Origin: an uncultured Nitrospinota bacterium
Lineage (GTDB): Bacteria > Tectomicrobia > Entotheonellia > J063 > CAVPRW01
Reading direction: 5' to 3'
Length of the DNA: 64,000 nt
Assembly: GCA_963707985.1 (NCBI GenBank)
Contig: CAVPRW010000046.1
Span: 64,001 to 128,000 of the forward strand
The number at the start of each line of letters is the position of its first letter. The stretch's first letter is position 1. The position numbers and the translations under genes are program-made. The notes below the pieces were generated by a model, which ran no database searches, was not told where the DNA came from, and saw nothing but the letters and a program-made list of their open reading frames with translations. Shown piece by piece: positions 50,666 through 60,859 of this stretch.

Positions 50666-51646
50666 CTATTCGTGTTCATCCGCCCCGGCTGAGCGCTTCT
50701 GGGGCAGTTGCCGGTGGCGTACAAGCGAGGCATAGAGCCCCTCAAAGAGGACCACGCCGTGGGCTTCGAGCTCTGCATCGGAGAGCCTCGCCAGTAACCA
50801 ACCCTTGAGGATGGCATCAACGCCTGCCGTTTCCGGGTGCACATAGCGCCCATCCCTGAGGTCAATGTCGTGGATGATTTCGCCCATGGGTTGAAGGACT
50901 GGGTCCTCCAGCCCGAAGGCACGCACCATGGTTTCAAACGTGCAGAGATGACCCTGATGACCGAACTCCGCACCCCGCATATCAAAGGCCACTTCCTCGG
51001 GTTCCGGCGCTAACGCATAGCGGATGACTGCCTCCGGGTCGAGAAACCGTCGGATGAGCCAAATACAGGCGAGCCGATCTACATGCGGACGGGGACGCGT
51101 GACCCAGCGTCTATTCCGATAGGCCTCAAGAGGGGCCGGCGACATCGGTGCGGACGACGCCTCCCTTGGGAAGAGCGACTGCGCGATTCTCGCCAGCCGT
51201 GAGGCGACAAGCCCCCCTTCCAGGGCGTCGAAGAAATCGACCCGGGCGATCTCGGCGTGCCGGCGGCGAAGTTTCTCAAGCGCATCCTGGGAGCGCGCCC
51301 GTTCTTCTGGGTTCATGTGCGCCCGAACTGTGGTCTCAAGGTTTGTCGCCTCCACGTCAAGCTCGCCATAATCCAGCGTCCGAGCTGCACGGAAGCGCTC
51401 GATGAGCGCTTCGTCTGTGAGTCCGTCAAACTGCTCGACATGCATGACTAGAGCTTCCCCCTTGGCATGTTCGACCTCCTCGGCCAGCCACTGGAACGCT
51501 TCCAAGCATTCATCACGGGCCGGAAGGATGTGGTTCCCCCCGGCTGGTGAGACGGCTCCTAAGCGCCGCAATCGGCGCCAGAGCGCCACGCGTGGACTGG
51601 ACTGCGCTTTCGACGGTAGGGAGTAGGAAAACACCACCCAACGCAT
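50666..51646 (-). CDS. chrB: Chromate resistance regulator
   Basis: RVALWRRLRRLGA, DFF and WVTRPRPHVDRLACIWLIRRF motifs. Confidence 0.9.
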   Translation of the reverse strand: MRWVVFSYSLPSKAQSSPRVALWRRLRRLGAVSPAGGNHILPARDECLEAFQWLAEEVEHAKGEALVMHVEQFDGLTDEALIERFRAARTLDYGELDVEATNLETTVRAHMNPEERARSQDALEKLRRRHAEIARVDFFDALEGGLVASRLARIAQSLFPREASSAPMSPAPLEAYRNRRWVTRPRPHVDRLACIWLIRRFLDPEAVIRYALAPEPEEVAFDMRGAEFGHQGHLCTFETMVRAFGLEDPVLQPMGEIIHDIDLRDGRYVHPETAGVDAILKGWLLARLSDAELEAHGVVLFEGLYASLVRHRQLPQKRSAGADEHE

Positions 51647-51676
51647 AAAACCCTCCTCTTCTGATTCTGAAGCGAA

Positions 51677-51715
51677 TGTAATACTTATTTCTTATCATTG
51701 CAATAATTATTTACA
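51677..51715. promoter_or_regulatory. AT-rich imperfect palindrome, candidate ChrB operator
   Basis: TGTAATACTTATT...AATAATTATTTACA, 30 bp upstream of chrB. Confidence 0.5.
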
Positions 51716-51873
51716 CCTGAGGTGAAGAGAAGATGTGCGTGCTCCAGACGAGTGCGCCGTGAGGCCTTTGTGAGGGCCGCCAACGAAGCCGTTTCGCAGG
51801 TCTTCAATCTGAGATCGTTCGGTTCCGAGTCGTTGCGCTCAAGAAGGCCCATAGCTTAAAGAATATTCTACAA

Positions 51874-51902
51874 TTGACGTACGACAAAAATTTCGTTATA
51901 GT
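51874..51902 (+). promoter_or_regulatory. Sigma70 promoter of the BlaI-like gene
   Basis: TTGACG-N17-TATAGT. Confidence 0.6.
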
Positions 51903-51949
51903 AAATAGGTAATAATGCTCTCGTCATTCCCTCTAAGAGGGTTCTGAGC

Positions 51950-52393
51950 ATGCCTCGACCCATAAGTCAATTACCTGCACCGTCGAAGACCGACTTGGAG
52001 ATCCTCACGGTGTTGTGGGACCAGCCGGTGGCCACGGGCCGGGCTATTTACGACGCCCTCCTGGATAGCGGTAGACTCCGGCGCCGGATTGCGTACACAA
52101 CGATCAAAACCTACCTGGATCGCTTGGTCCAGAAGGGCTACATCGACGGTCAACCCATCGGGGATGGGCGAGGCACCTACCGCTACACGGCCGTGGTTTC
52201 CCGGGCGGAGGTGTGCGACCATCCGGACCTCCTCGCGCGGTTCGTCCGCGTGTTCCGCCTGACACCAGCCGAGTTTACCCGCTGGTGCTACGCGCATGGC
52301 CGACTCAGTCAACAGGATAAGGCTGCCCTGCACACGCTGTTAGACCATCTTCCCGATCATACCTTACCGCCGACCGCACTGGTAGAGCCGTAA
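51950..52393 (+). CDS. BlaI/MecI/CopY-family repressor
   Basis: LEILTVLW...IAYTTIKTYLDRLVQKG. Confidence 0.85.
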   Translation: MPRPISQLPAPSKTDLEILTVLWDQPVATGRAIYDALLDSGRLRRRIAYTTIKTYLDRLVQKGYIDGQPIGDGRGTYRYTAVVSRAEVCDHPDLLARFVRVFRLTPAEFTRWCYAHGRLSQQDKAALHTLLDHLPDHTLPPTALVEP

Positions 52394-52682
52394 GGAAGAG
52401 GGCTCGCTGCCCCCGTGGGCGTCATATGACGTACTCGAAGGCACTGGCCTAGCACACGGCTGAGACCCGGAAAAACCCACATGGTCATGCTCGACTTTTC
52501 AGGGCGGACCATGAGCGTATCTTGAACTTCCAAGGGGCCCCGTGCCACCAGGGTCAGTCGCATTTCCAAGCACTGTTGAGCATGCAGGACCCGCGTGGAC
52601 ATCGACCCGGCATCTGCGGCGGACGGACCGGCCGCGCGGACATCACCTTCGTAAGATCGAGGTATTACACACAGGAGGCCGT

Positions 52683-52886
52683 ATGAACCCGATTATGCAG
52701 CACTATTGGACACCAGAGGAACGTGCTCGCTATGGCATTCGTGGCATCGAGGACTTTTCGCCCGAAGAACTGGCGGCGCTGCAGGCCAAAGTCACGGGCT
52801 GGATTGGTCAGCGTGACCCACACCCCGTGAACACGCGCCACCGGTCACCATTTGTGATGAAACGGCGGACTGTGGCGCCGGCCTAG
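52683..52886 (+). CDS. Small hypothetical protein
   Basis: AGGAGG RBS, 67 aa. Confidence 0.55.
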   Translation: MNPIMQHYWTPEERARYGIRGIEDFSPEELAALQAKVTGWIGQRDPHPVNTRHRSPFVMKRRTVAPA

Positions 52887-52933
52887 GGCGCCATGTTGCA
52901 AGGGAACGAACAGTGATCACGGAGGGGAACCAC

Positions 52934-53245
52934 ATGGTGAGCGTCATCGTTATAGTTGCCATCGTAGGGGGCGTCGGGTGGATGGTCTGGAAGCGTCGAG
53001 CCCGCTGGCACCCGGCCACGGCGTCAGGTACATCAGAGGGAGTGGCCCCCGAGCGCCTGGCGTTCGAGGCCTTCACGCATGGCAATTCGTGTCTGGCCGA
53101 GGGGAAGTTTGCCGAGGCGACCGCCGCTTTTCAGCGATCGCGCGAGCTCGATCCCAAGCGGCCCCATGTTGCCGAGCGACTCGCCGAAGTGGCCCGGCGA
53201 CAGCTCGCCGCAAGCCAGGCGCAGCCCGCCAGCACAACATCCTGA
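52934..53245 (+). CDS. Membrane-anchored TPR protein
   Basis: GGAGG RBS; N-terminal TM; GNSCLAEGKFAEATAAFQRSRELDP. Confidence 0.7.
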   Translation: MVSVIVIVAIVGGVGWMVWKRRARWHPATASGTSEGVAPERLAFEAFTHGNSCLAEGKFAEATAAFQRSRELDPKRPHVAERLAEVARRQLAASQAQPASTTS

Positions 53246-53442
53246 GCCGGGTCTTGGAGCCTCACGGGTCCCACGAGCTGACGGTTTTCGGCAGGGCCTA
53301 AAGGATCGTGGAGGTGCTAGCGATCCCTCGGGCGCAGAGACGTCCGCATGAGCTCGCGGGTGCGCGCTTCCAAAGAGGGGACCTGAGAGGGGACGCGCGA
53401 TGGGCTACTTGGCGGGTGGAAAACCATACTGGGAGGGCAATA

Positions 53443-53658
53443 ATGGCCAAGCGATCCAGACAGACCTTTCAGAAGCATCAGAAGGAACAAGCACGGCAGC
53501 AGAAGCAAAGAACTAAGGCCGCTCGACGGCTCCAAGCTAAACAGCGCCGGGCCGATGGAGTGTCGGAGATGAGCTCACCTCCCGGGGAGTTAGTCGACAC
53601 ACAAGACGGTCCGCAGCCTGCTCCAGCGCTGGGAGATCTCGTCAGGGAGCCAACATAG
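53443..53658 (+). CDS. Small basic hypothetical protein
   Basis: GGAGG RBS; MAKRSRQTFQKHQKEQARQQKQ. Confidence 0.6.
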   Translation: MAKRSRQTFQKHQKEQARQQKQRTKAARRLQAKQRRADGVSEMSSPPGELVDTQDGPQPAPALGDLVREPT

Positions 53659-53829
53659 CCGCTGCCCATGCAAGGTGTCATGGCGCCGGCAACGATCCAT
53701 GCCGAGGTTCTCCAGGGAGCGATCGGCACCTAATCGTGAAGGCACACGAGCAAGGTATTGAGGTGGCTCGATGGCAACGGACGCCGCAGTCCGGGTCTTA
53801 ACGCCTGGTCAGCTGGACTCTTGCAGATA

Positions 53830-54747
53830 TCATTCGTGGAGAATTTCGACGCGCGAGGCGATCAGGAGGAAAGTACACCCACCTTCAGTGTAGCTGACTT
53901 CATGAACGGAACCAGCAGGCATTTGGTAGTAATCCCCAGGTCCAAGCACATGGCCGCCGACATGACCGTCACCCTCGATCATGTACACCCGCTCGGTGAT
54001 CGGATGGCGATGTCGTGGCAGTCTCGCGCCCGGGCGCATGCGCACCAGAGATGTATACGCTCGGCGCGCCGGATCGGAGAAGATGGGTTTCATAGCGACC
54101 CCCTCGGTCGGGCCATCTCTCCAAGCGCCCTCTGACCCCCGAATCGCCACCAAACCCTCCTGCGTTCCGGCCGCGTCTGAGTTCTCGGGGAGTTGTTCAG
54201 GCTCGGAGGCGCTGAGAATAAACGTGCAACCGTCCTGGCTATACGTGCTGCCATGGATGGTTCCAGAAATGGCAGCGCAATAATCGCCCGCACGCAGCAC
54301 TTGCCCTTCGACTGCAAGATCCCCCTCCAGTAAGTACAGCTCTTCGGTGTCTGTATGCCGGTGTGGAGGATAACGAATTCCGCGCTCCATCCGGACCAGG
54401 GCCGTGAAACGCCCCGTCGCCTGCTCACGGGAAAGGAATTTTAAGAGGATACCCTGCACATCGGCGCTCTCCCAGGCCCTTTCCGTGGAGCGGATAATCA
54501 TCGCACCAGTTTCGGCTTGCACACGGGACAACAATTGTGCGCGCACCTCTGGCCGCGGAAGTCCTGGTGGGGCAGCATAACCCAATGGCCCAACGAGCGC
54601 GGCAAAGCCATCGAGCTCTCTCTGGCAAGCGGGGCATCCTTCGCCAAGATGTGCTTCGAAGACGGCAGCCTCTTGCGGCGCCAGCACCCCAAGCGCATAC
54701 AAGCTGGCCAGCTCCAGCATGTCGTCGTGGTGCAGGTGAGGCCTCAT
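53830..54747 (-). CDS. ChrR-like anti-sigma factor (HxxxCxxC zinc finger plus two cupins)
   Basis: YALGVL..FEAHLGEGCPAC; PHRH..EE and RHRH..E cupin motifs. Confidence 0.85.
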   Translation of the reverse strand: MRPHLHHDDMLELASLYALGVLAPQEAAVFEAHLGEGCPACQRELDGFAALVGPLGYAAPPGLPRPEVRAQLLSRVQAETGAMIIRSTERAWESADVQGILLKFLSREQATGRFTALVRMERGIRYPPHRHTDTEELYLLEGDLAVEGQVLRAGDYCAAISGTIHGSTYSQDGCTFILSASEPEQLPENSDAAGTQEGLVAIRGSEGAWRDGPTEGVAMKPIFSDPARRAYTSLVRMRPGARLPRHRHPITERVYMIEGDGHVGGHVLGPGDYYQMPAGSVHEVSYTEGGCTFLLIASRVEILHE

Positions 54748-55358
54748 GGCTGTGCCTCCGCCAGCAAGGGAGCCAAATGTTCACGCAACAACAGCATCCC
54801 GGTCCGTATGCGCGTCTTGACAGTGCCCAGGGGTTGCCCCAACTTCGCAGCGATCTCGCTGTGGCTTAACCCTGAAAAATAGGCGATTTCAATGACCTCC
54901 CGCTGCTCCGGCGTAAGCCGCAACAGAGCCTGCTGGACAATGCGCCGCAGCTCGCTGCTGGCACTGCATGCTTCGGGATCGCCGATCAGTGAGACCACGG
55001 TCGTCGTTTCATCCAGCGACTCCTCACGTTCTCGCCGCAGGGTCTCAATGCGTAGACGATCGATGGCACGGCTGCGGGTGAGTGTCAACAGCCAGGCTGA
55101 GGCCGTGCCACGTTGTGCATCGAAGTGAGAAGCCTGGCGATGCACTTGCGTATAGACCTCAATGGTAACATCCTCTGCTGCATGTTGGTCACGCAGGATG
55201 CGCAGGGCCAGACCATACACCAGGGGATTGGTTTCGTCATAAAGCTCTGCCAGCGCCGACTGATCCCCCTGAGCCATGCGCGCAACAAGGGCCCCCAGTC
55301 GCTGCTCGCGGATGCGGTGCATGGCCAATTGATCGATGGGTTGGTCCATGCGCTCCAT
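54744..55358 (-). CDS. ECF sigma factor (SigK-like)
   Basis: GDQSALAELYD, AEDV, RSRAIDRLR and PLGTVKTRIR motifs; start uncertain (ORF open to 55475). Confidence 0.9.
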   Translation of the reverse strand: MERMDQPIDQLAMHRIREQRLGALVARMAQGDQSALAELYDETNPLVYGLALRILRDQHAAEDVTIEVYTQVHRQASHFDAQRGTASAWLLTLTRSRAIDRLRIETLRREREESLDETTTVVSLIGDPEACSASSELRRIVQQALLRLTPEQREVIEIAYFSGLSHSEIAAKLGQPLGTVKTRIRTGMLLLREHLAPLLAEAQP

Positions 55359-55534
55359 CCTGTGCAAATGCCCCACGTTGCCGGGCTTCCAACCCGCATT
55401 CGCTAAGGCTCCATGGTCGGAATCGAAAATGTCCACCGCATCCATGGCGTCTGTACACATCATCCACATTCCCATAGCACGATCCAGCGCCTATCGTCAA
55501 GCAGGAGTTGAAAGGCCATGTGTTGTGAGATCCT

Positions 55535-57100
55535 TTACAACTGGATCAGGAGAATATTGGCAGAGACCAGCGCCTGAATCGCAATGGCCAGGCCAAATCC
55601 TGTCATCACAGCCGCCGAAGTCAGCGGTAGCCAGCGAGTCATCAGGACCCCGTTCCCCTGGAATCGCTCCATGAGACGATGCGCATACACCATCAGGATG
55701 CCGATGGCGATCAACACCGCAGCTAGACCGATGCTGAAGGCCACAATCAGCAACAGTCCAAAGCTTACGCGATTCAACGACAGGGCACTCAGGAGCACCA
55801 CAAGCGCCGCGGGACAGGGGACAATGCCACCAGTCACACCCAACGTCAGCAGCTCACGGCGCGAGACTGCCGACGGCGAATGTTGATGATGGTGCGGGTG
55901 ATGGTCGTGCGGGTGGGGATGTTCGGCCTTATGCTCATGGACGCCATCATGGTGGTGAACATGGGCGTGAGCATAGCCGAGTGCATGCGCATGGGAATGG
56001 GCATGATCCGATCCGGCATACCTTCGGAGCAGAAGCGACAACCCGAGGCCTGCAATGATCAGCCCGGATGTGACCCCAAGCCAGGGATAGAGGCGCTCGG
56101 GGACGATATAGTGCGACGCAAACAGCGTGATGGCACCCAGGGCGTACACCCCCGCCGTATGCGTGACGGTGACGATCAAGCCCAATACAAGAGCGTGCCA
56201 GGCTGTTCCCCGTGATCCCACCAGATAAGCCGCCACCACGGTCTTGCCATGGCCGGGCTCCAGGGCATGAAAGGCCCCGAGACCGACGGCAACGGCCAGC
56301 GTCACCAGCACGATTCCCAGGCTCAACTGCGGAGCGGTGACCAGTTCGGTGAACGAGCTACGTGGAGACATCTGACGGTTGGTTTCAAGCCGAACCGGCT
56401 CAATACGCGGCCGCATCTCACCTACCACGGAGTCCCCTCCCCCCGCCACGACATCAGGCGCCCTTGACTGCCATGTGAAGATCACTCGTGCCTCCACATC
56501 CTGCGGCGGGCTGTTCAGTAAGTCCGTCGGGTAATCGGCCAACTCCCGGCTGCGGTCACGCTCGGGCACGGTGCTACGCATCAGCACGATCTCCGGCCCA
56601 GTCGTGGCAATGACCTCCTTCCAGCCAGCACGTCCTGGAAAATTCGTGTCCCGAAAGTGCAGCTCATGGGCGGTGGCCACGGAGGCATGCTCGAGTGCTG
56701 CACGAAAGCGCATCCCCAGCTTGAGGGTGGGTAGACCGCCGGCACCGGGGGGGAACATTACCTCGTTGTCTTCAAATCTAAGGGGGAGACGCTGACCGTT
56801 GAGCTCCAGGATCAGACCGGAGCGCAGGCCATCGACCCGTTGCGCGAGATAGGCTGGCAGGCTCGAATCTCCTACCTGTGGCACGATCCGCCTGTCCTGA
56901 ATCTCCTGGAAGGTGGGGATCTCGGCCATATCGATGATATAGCGCAGCAGCACGGCATTCGCTTCGAAACGAATAGCCGTATAGTGGCTGATACTAAAAT
57001 TCCCCAACGGGTGGGCCGAGCCGAGATGAGGTATGGTCAGGGCCCCGACGACCGCCAGCGCCGCCAAGTAACGAGACCAGCGCAGCGGTTTAGTGGTCAT
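55535..57100 (-). CDS. Ni/Co transporter (RcnA/NicO-like) with an exported N-terminal domain
   Basis: AHPLGNFSISHY; HALEPGHGK; His-rich loop; GGIVPCP. Confidence 0.88.
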   Translation of the reverse strand: MTTKPLRWSRYLAALAVVGALTIPHLGSAHPLGNFSISHYTAIRFEANAVLLRYIIDMAEIPTFQEIQDRRIVPQVGDSSLPAYLAQRVDGLRSGLILELNGQRLPLRFEDNEVMFPPGAGGLPTLKLGMRFRAALEHASVATAHELHFRDTNFPGRAGWKEVIATTGPEIVLMRSTVPERDRSRELADYPTDLLNSPPQDVEARVIFTWQSRAPDVVAGGGDSVVGEMRPRIEPVRLETNRQMSPRSSFTELVTAPQLSLGIVLVTLAVAVGLGAFHALEPGHGKTVVAAYLVGSRGTAWHALVLGLIVTVTHTAGVYALGAITLFASHYIVPERLYPWLGVTSGLIIAGLGLSLLLRRYAGSDHAHSHAHALGYAHAHVHHHDGVHEHKAEHPHPHDHHPHHHQHSPSAVSRRELLTLGVTGGIVPCPAALVVLLSALSLNRVSFGLLLIVAFSIGLAAVLIAIGILMVYAHRLMERFQGNGVLMTRWLPLTSAAVMTGFGLAIAIQALVSANILLIQL

Positions 57101-58400
57101 CGGTCTGCTCCTGGAGCACCGCCGTGGCGAGCTGCGCCTCAATCGCTGTGAGGGTATGCTTCGTCGCCTCGGCATGCAGGATATGAAAATACGGATTCGT
57201 CGCTAGCGCTAGCCGCAGATAGTCGCGCGCCTTCTCGTGCTGCGCCAGGCGATGATGGATCATCCCGGCGTGGAAGAACAGCCGCGCATCCTTGGTGCCC
57301 AGTTTCAACGCTTCCATCATGGCCGTGAGGGCCTCTTGGGGCTGACCATTCTTATACAATGCCCAGGCCAGGACATCGAAAGCGTAGACATCCTGTCTGA
57401 CCTCCAGCTCGCGCTTGGCGAGGTCGAGTGCTTCAGGTAATTTACGGTCGTGATCAGCATAAAAATACGCCAATTCCCGGTTGTACAGCACCTTGTTGAG
57501 CGTATTCAGATAGCCAATGTACTCCACCAGATCGTACTGCTTCTGAGCCTCCTCGGGTCGTCCCAGCTTTGCATAGACATCGCCAAGGGCCGCCGCATAA
57601 TCGGGCAAGGGTATGATGGCGATGGCTTTGCGGTAGAGATCGACCGCTTCCGGATCACGTTGCTGAGCTGCGCGCACCTGAGCTAATCCAGCCAAAGCCC
57701 GGTAATAGTCCGGATAGGTGTTGAGGGCCTGCAGATAACTCGCTTCTGCTGCCGGCAGCTGGCCCAGGGCCCACAGCTCATTTCCGAGTTGCCACATGGC
57801 CCAAGCGATACTCTCGGGTGGACGTTCCTGTGCTTGCCCGAGTTGAATGGCACGTTCGAGGTCAGCGATGGCGCCTGCCGTATCCCCTTGCAGACTCTTC
57901 AGACCAGATAGGCGGCTGTAGGCATACAAATCTCCCTGCAGTTGGATCATACGCTGATAGGTGTGGGCAGCTGCCTCGTATTTCCCGACTTCAAGGTACG
58001 CATCGCCCAGGATGCCATAGGCATGACTATCGGCGGGATCGAGTGCCACAGCTTTCTGCGCCTGTACAGCGGCTTCGTCAAAGCCATGCCGCATGTACAT
58101 GGCATAGGCGAGGTGCCGCGCCGCCCCGCTGTGATCCGGAGCGATCTCCAGGCATTTCTGGAGGGCTTTCTCGGCTAGATCGATATACAGGATATCACCG
58201 CTCTCCCGAGCTTTTTGCATATAGGCATCGCCCAGGCGATAGTAGACCGTGGCGTCCCGCGAATGGCGTTGGAGCAGGCGTTGAGCCCTGAGGATGGCGT
58301 CATCCGTGGCCGCGGACTGAGCCCACAGCAGGTCTGACGGCATTTCCAGCGACAGTAAAGCCGCGACGATCATCATAGCCACGTAGCGAAGTGTGTACAT
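57090..58400 (-). CDS. Exported multi-TPR protein
   Basis: Signal peptide; many TPR units. Confidence 0.88.
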   Translation of the reverse strand: MYTLRYVAMMIVAALLSLEMPSDLLWAQSAATDDAILRAQRLLQRHSRDATVYYRLGDAYMQKARESGDILYIDLAEKALQKCLEIAPDHSGAARHLAYAMYMRHGFDEAAVQAQKAVALDPADSHAYGILGDAYLEVGKYEAAAHTYQRMIQLQGDLYAYSRLSGLKSLQGDTAGAIADLERAIQLGQAQERPPESIAWAMWQLGNELWALGQLPAAEASYLQALNTYPDYYRALAGLAQVRAAQQRDPEAVDLYRKAIAIIPLPDYAAALGDVYAKLGRPEEAQKQYDLVEYIGYLNTLNKVLYNRELAYFYADHDRKLPEALDLAKRELEVRQDVYAFDVLAWALYKNGQPQEALTAMMEALKLGTKDARLFFHAGMIHHRLAQHEKARDYLRLALATNPYFHILHAEATKHTLTAIEAQLATAVLQEQTDDH

Positions 58401-58470
58401 CACGAGACCTCCCATCTGTACAATGAGCCATGATCTCTTCCCCGTCGTGAGCTCTTTGCCCCCCCACTCC

Positions 58471-58495
58471 GTCCCTCTCCCGAAGGGAGAGGGAC
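58471..58495. repeat. Perfect hairpin of the BoxC/REP-like family
   Basis: GTCCCTCTCCC-GAA-GGGAGAGGGAC. Confidence 0.75.
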
Positions 58496-58517
58496 CTGGA
58501 GGAGAGCACGACAGGCC

Positions 58518-60017
58518 TTAGCGGCGGCCTCCAATCGGCGTCGGGAGGAAGGGAAACGCGGTGGCAATGCCGTTTGCCGTGACATCCGGCGTGCCCGGTA
58601 ACACCTCGCTGAAATTCACCCCATCGCCCAGGCGATTGTGCGGGAATCCCGCCGTTGGCCCTGGAACAAGGACCCCCGCGACCACGCGGAGAGCAATGTC
58701 GGTCACATCATCATTCGGGCGGCGCCCGTTGGGCCAACCGGCTGGGTCGGGGGTTAGGTTGCCTGCCGCATCATGCGCCAGCACCGTCAAGCGCTTCTGG
58801 TCAGCTGCCGGTGTTGGCGAGACCGTGAGATTGAGCCGTAACAGTTCAGAACATGGGTTATGTCTCGAACAGCCATTCGGACTCTGGCCTTCGTATTGCA
58901 GCAGCACCGCGACAAGGTCGCTCCGCGGTGTCGCCGGAATCGGGATGCCGAAGGCCAAGTTCAAGACGGCAGCTAGGCTGGGATTTTGATAGAACTCGAG
59001 GAATTTTACCTCAGCGGCCGGATCGGTCGCGTTCCAGCGATCTTTTTGGCCAGTGCCGATAATCAGCTCATTGACCAGTGGGTTGGCCATTCTCGCCACT
59101 TGCGTGAAATGCCCGGCAGTCTCCGAAGTACCGTCCTTCTTCCGCACCTCCACCTTCCGACGGCTGGTAGAGGCATACATGCCGACAACCGGTGGGAGGG
59201 CGGCGATGGGTACCTCGATGGCGATGGTGTTGATGTTCAATTCCTGGAAATCGTTGAGCCCAAAAGGATTGGTCGCGTCGTCGGCATCCTCGGGATCCGA
59301 CAACACCGGGGGATTGCGCCGAAAGTTCAGGGTGTCGAAGGTCGAGCCTAGGTCGATATAAAAGGTTTCCTTGCGCTGTCCTGCAAAGACCCGGATGCCT
59401 CCACCGAGGTCGAAGATTCCTTGTGCCGCCAGCGCAGGATAGTTCGGCATTGTCCGGGTACCGACGTTGGATGGCACGGCGATGAGCGGCTTGCCGCTAC
59501 TATCGGTGGAGATGTCAAAAAATTCTTGCCCATAGCTATTCACGGCCCGCACGCTGTAGTGCTGCCGCAGCCCGAGCCCGGCAGAGCCGTCGCCATCGAG
59601 GGTCGTAATCGGCGGTGGCAATCCCGGCACGGAATCAACACCGGCATAGGCGATGGGAAGACCGGTGAATGGTGGCCGAATCTCGGTGCTGAAGCGGAAT
59701 TGAACAGTGACATCATCCGCCTTGCCATCGGCGTTGAGGTCGAAATGGAAGGCATACAGCACATCGTCATCGAAGTTGAAGAAGTTTGGCCCCGACGCTG
59801 GCACCTGCGACGGGATCACGTTCATAATGAACACGGCTTTGCTCGGGTCCTCCCAGCTGCGAAAGGCATACACGTCCGTGATGTCCGCCGTCGGGTCGAG
59901 GGCGATGAGCGGCGCCTCCCGATGGCTAGCGGCCCAAGTGATTGGCGCGCTAGTGGCGATCATCAGCCCCGCCATCAGTGCGGCGATGATGCGAAAGGTC
60001 CGATGCGTCTTATCCAT
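58518..60017 (-). CDS. DUF4331 family secreted protein
   Basis: ASHREAP..DITDVYAF, QVARMANPLVNE, GWPNGRRPNDDVTD and FPFL motifs. Confidence 0.92.
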   Translation of the reverse strand: MDKTHRTFRIIAALMAGLMIATSAPITWAASHREAPLIALDPTADITDVYAFRSWEDPSKAVFIMNVIPSQVPASGPNFFNFDDDVLYAFHFDLNADGKADDVTVQFRFSTEIRPPFTGLPIAYAGVDSVPGLPPPITTLDGDGSAGLGLRQHYSVRAVNSYGQEFFDISTDSSGKPLIAVPSNVGTRTMPNYPALAAQGIFDLGGGIRVFAGQRKETFYIDLGSTFDTLNFRRNPPVLSDPEDADDATNPFGLNDFQELNINTIAIEVPIAALPPVVGMYASTSRRKVEVRKKDGTSETAGHFTQVARMANPLVNELIIGTGQKDRWNATDPAAEVKFLEFYQNPSLAAVLNLAFGIPIPATPRSDLVAVLLQYEGQSPNGCSRHNPCSELLRLNLTVSPTPAADQKRLTVLAHDAAGNLTPDPAGWPNGRRPNDDVTDIALRVVAGVLVPGPTAGFPHNRLGDGVNFSEVLPGTPDVTANGIATAFPFLPTPIGGRR

Positions 60018-60205
60018 CTTTGCTTCCCTCCGATCCAGCCACATTGCCGTTGACATGAGCGCGTGGGCGTTCGAATCCCGTGCTTCTCTACCTATTAAGC
60101 TCGCAGGAGGGGGTGGAACGCCTTCGCGATGCTTACAGCGCCGACAGCCCAAGCCAAGAGTGCCGGCGTATGCACGGCATGATGACTACAGGTGTCATCT
60201 CCCTC

Positions 60206-60231
60206 TACGTTTGGTGTAATGGTTTGGATTG
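60206..60231 (-). promoter_or_regulatory. Candidate ECF promoter for the DUF4331 operon
   Basis: Minus strand CAATCC-N16-CGTA. Confidence 0.5.
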
Positions 60232-60281
60232 TTGCGGCGACAAAAAAATTGGGGCGCTAGTCCCCGGTCCATGGTACAAAA

Positions 60282-60842
60282 ATGGACATGGCTGCTGATC
60301 TGTCGGACAATCCGATCGCTCTTTTGCAGCAGATGGCGCGTGGCGATGGTGAAGCGTTCAGGCGTTTTTATGATCGTTACGCCTCGCTGGTCTTCACCTT
60401 TGCCATCCGCCTTCTGGGCTCCCGCTCGGACGCGGAAGACCTGTTACAGGAGGTGTTTCTGCAGGTGTGGCGTCAGGCCCAGAGCTATAGTCCGGAGCGC
60501 GGCAGCCCAGAGGCATGGCTCATCACCATGACGCGTAGTCGAGCAATCGATAAGTTACGTTCGCTTCGTAGAAGAGATGAAAGGCCGTTATCTCCAGACG
60601 ACCTGCTGCCCCTCGAAGGGGAGAGGCAAATAGCGCCTCCAACCCACGCGTCAGAGGCCAAGCTCACGCTGCAAGGGGTCCTGGCTAAACTTCCGGAGGC
60701 GCAACGGACCGTGCTGGAGTTGGCATATTTTGATGGATTGACCCAGTCTGAGATCGCGTCTCACCTCAGAGAGCCTCTCGGGACGGTGAAGACCCGGATA
60801 CGGGCTGGGCTCGAGCGTCTCCGGGGATTCCTGGGGGCATAA
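60282..60842 (+). CDS. ECF sigma factor (SigK-like)
   Basis: DAEDLLQEVFLQVW, RSRAIDKLR and PLGTVKTRIR motifs. Confidence 0.92.
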   Translation: MDMAADLSDNPIALLQQMARGDGEAFRRFYDRYASLVFTFAIRLLGSRSDAEDLLQEVFLQVWRQAQSYSPERGSPEAWLITMTRSRAIDKLRSLRRRDERPLSPDDLLPLEGERQIAPPTHASEAKLTLQGVLAKLPEAQRTVLELAYFDGLTQSEIASHLREPLGTVKTRIRAGLERLRGFLGA

Positions 60843-60859
60843 CCTACTGGCAGGTTGCT

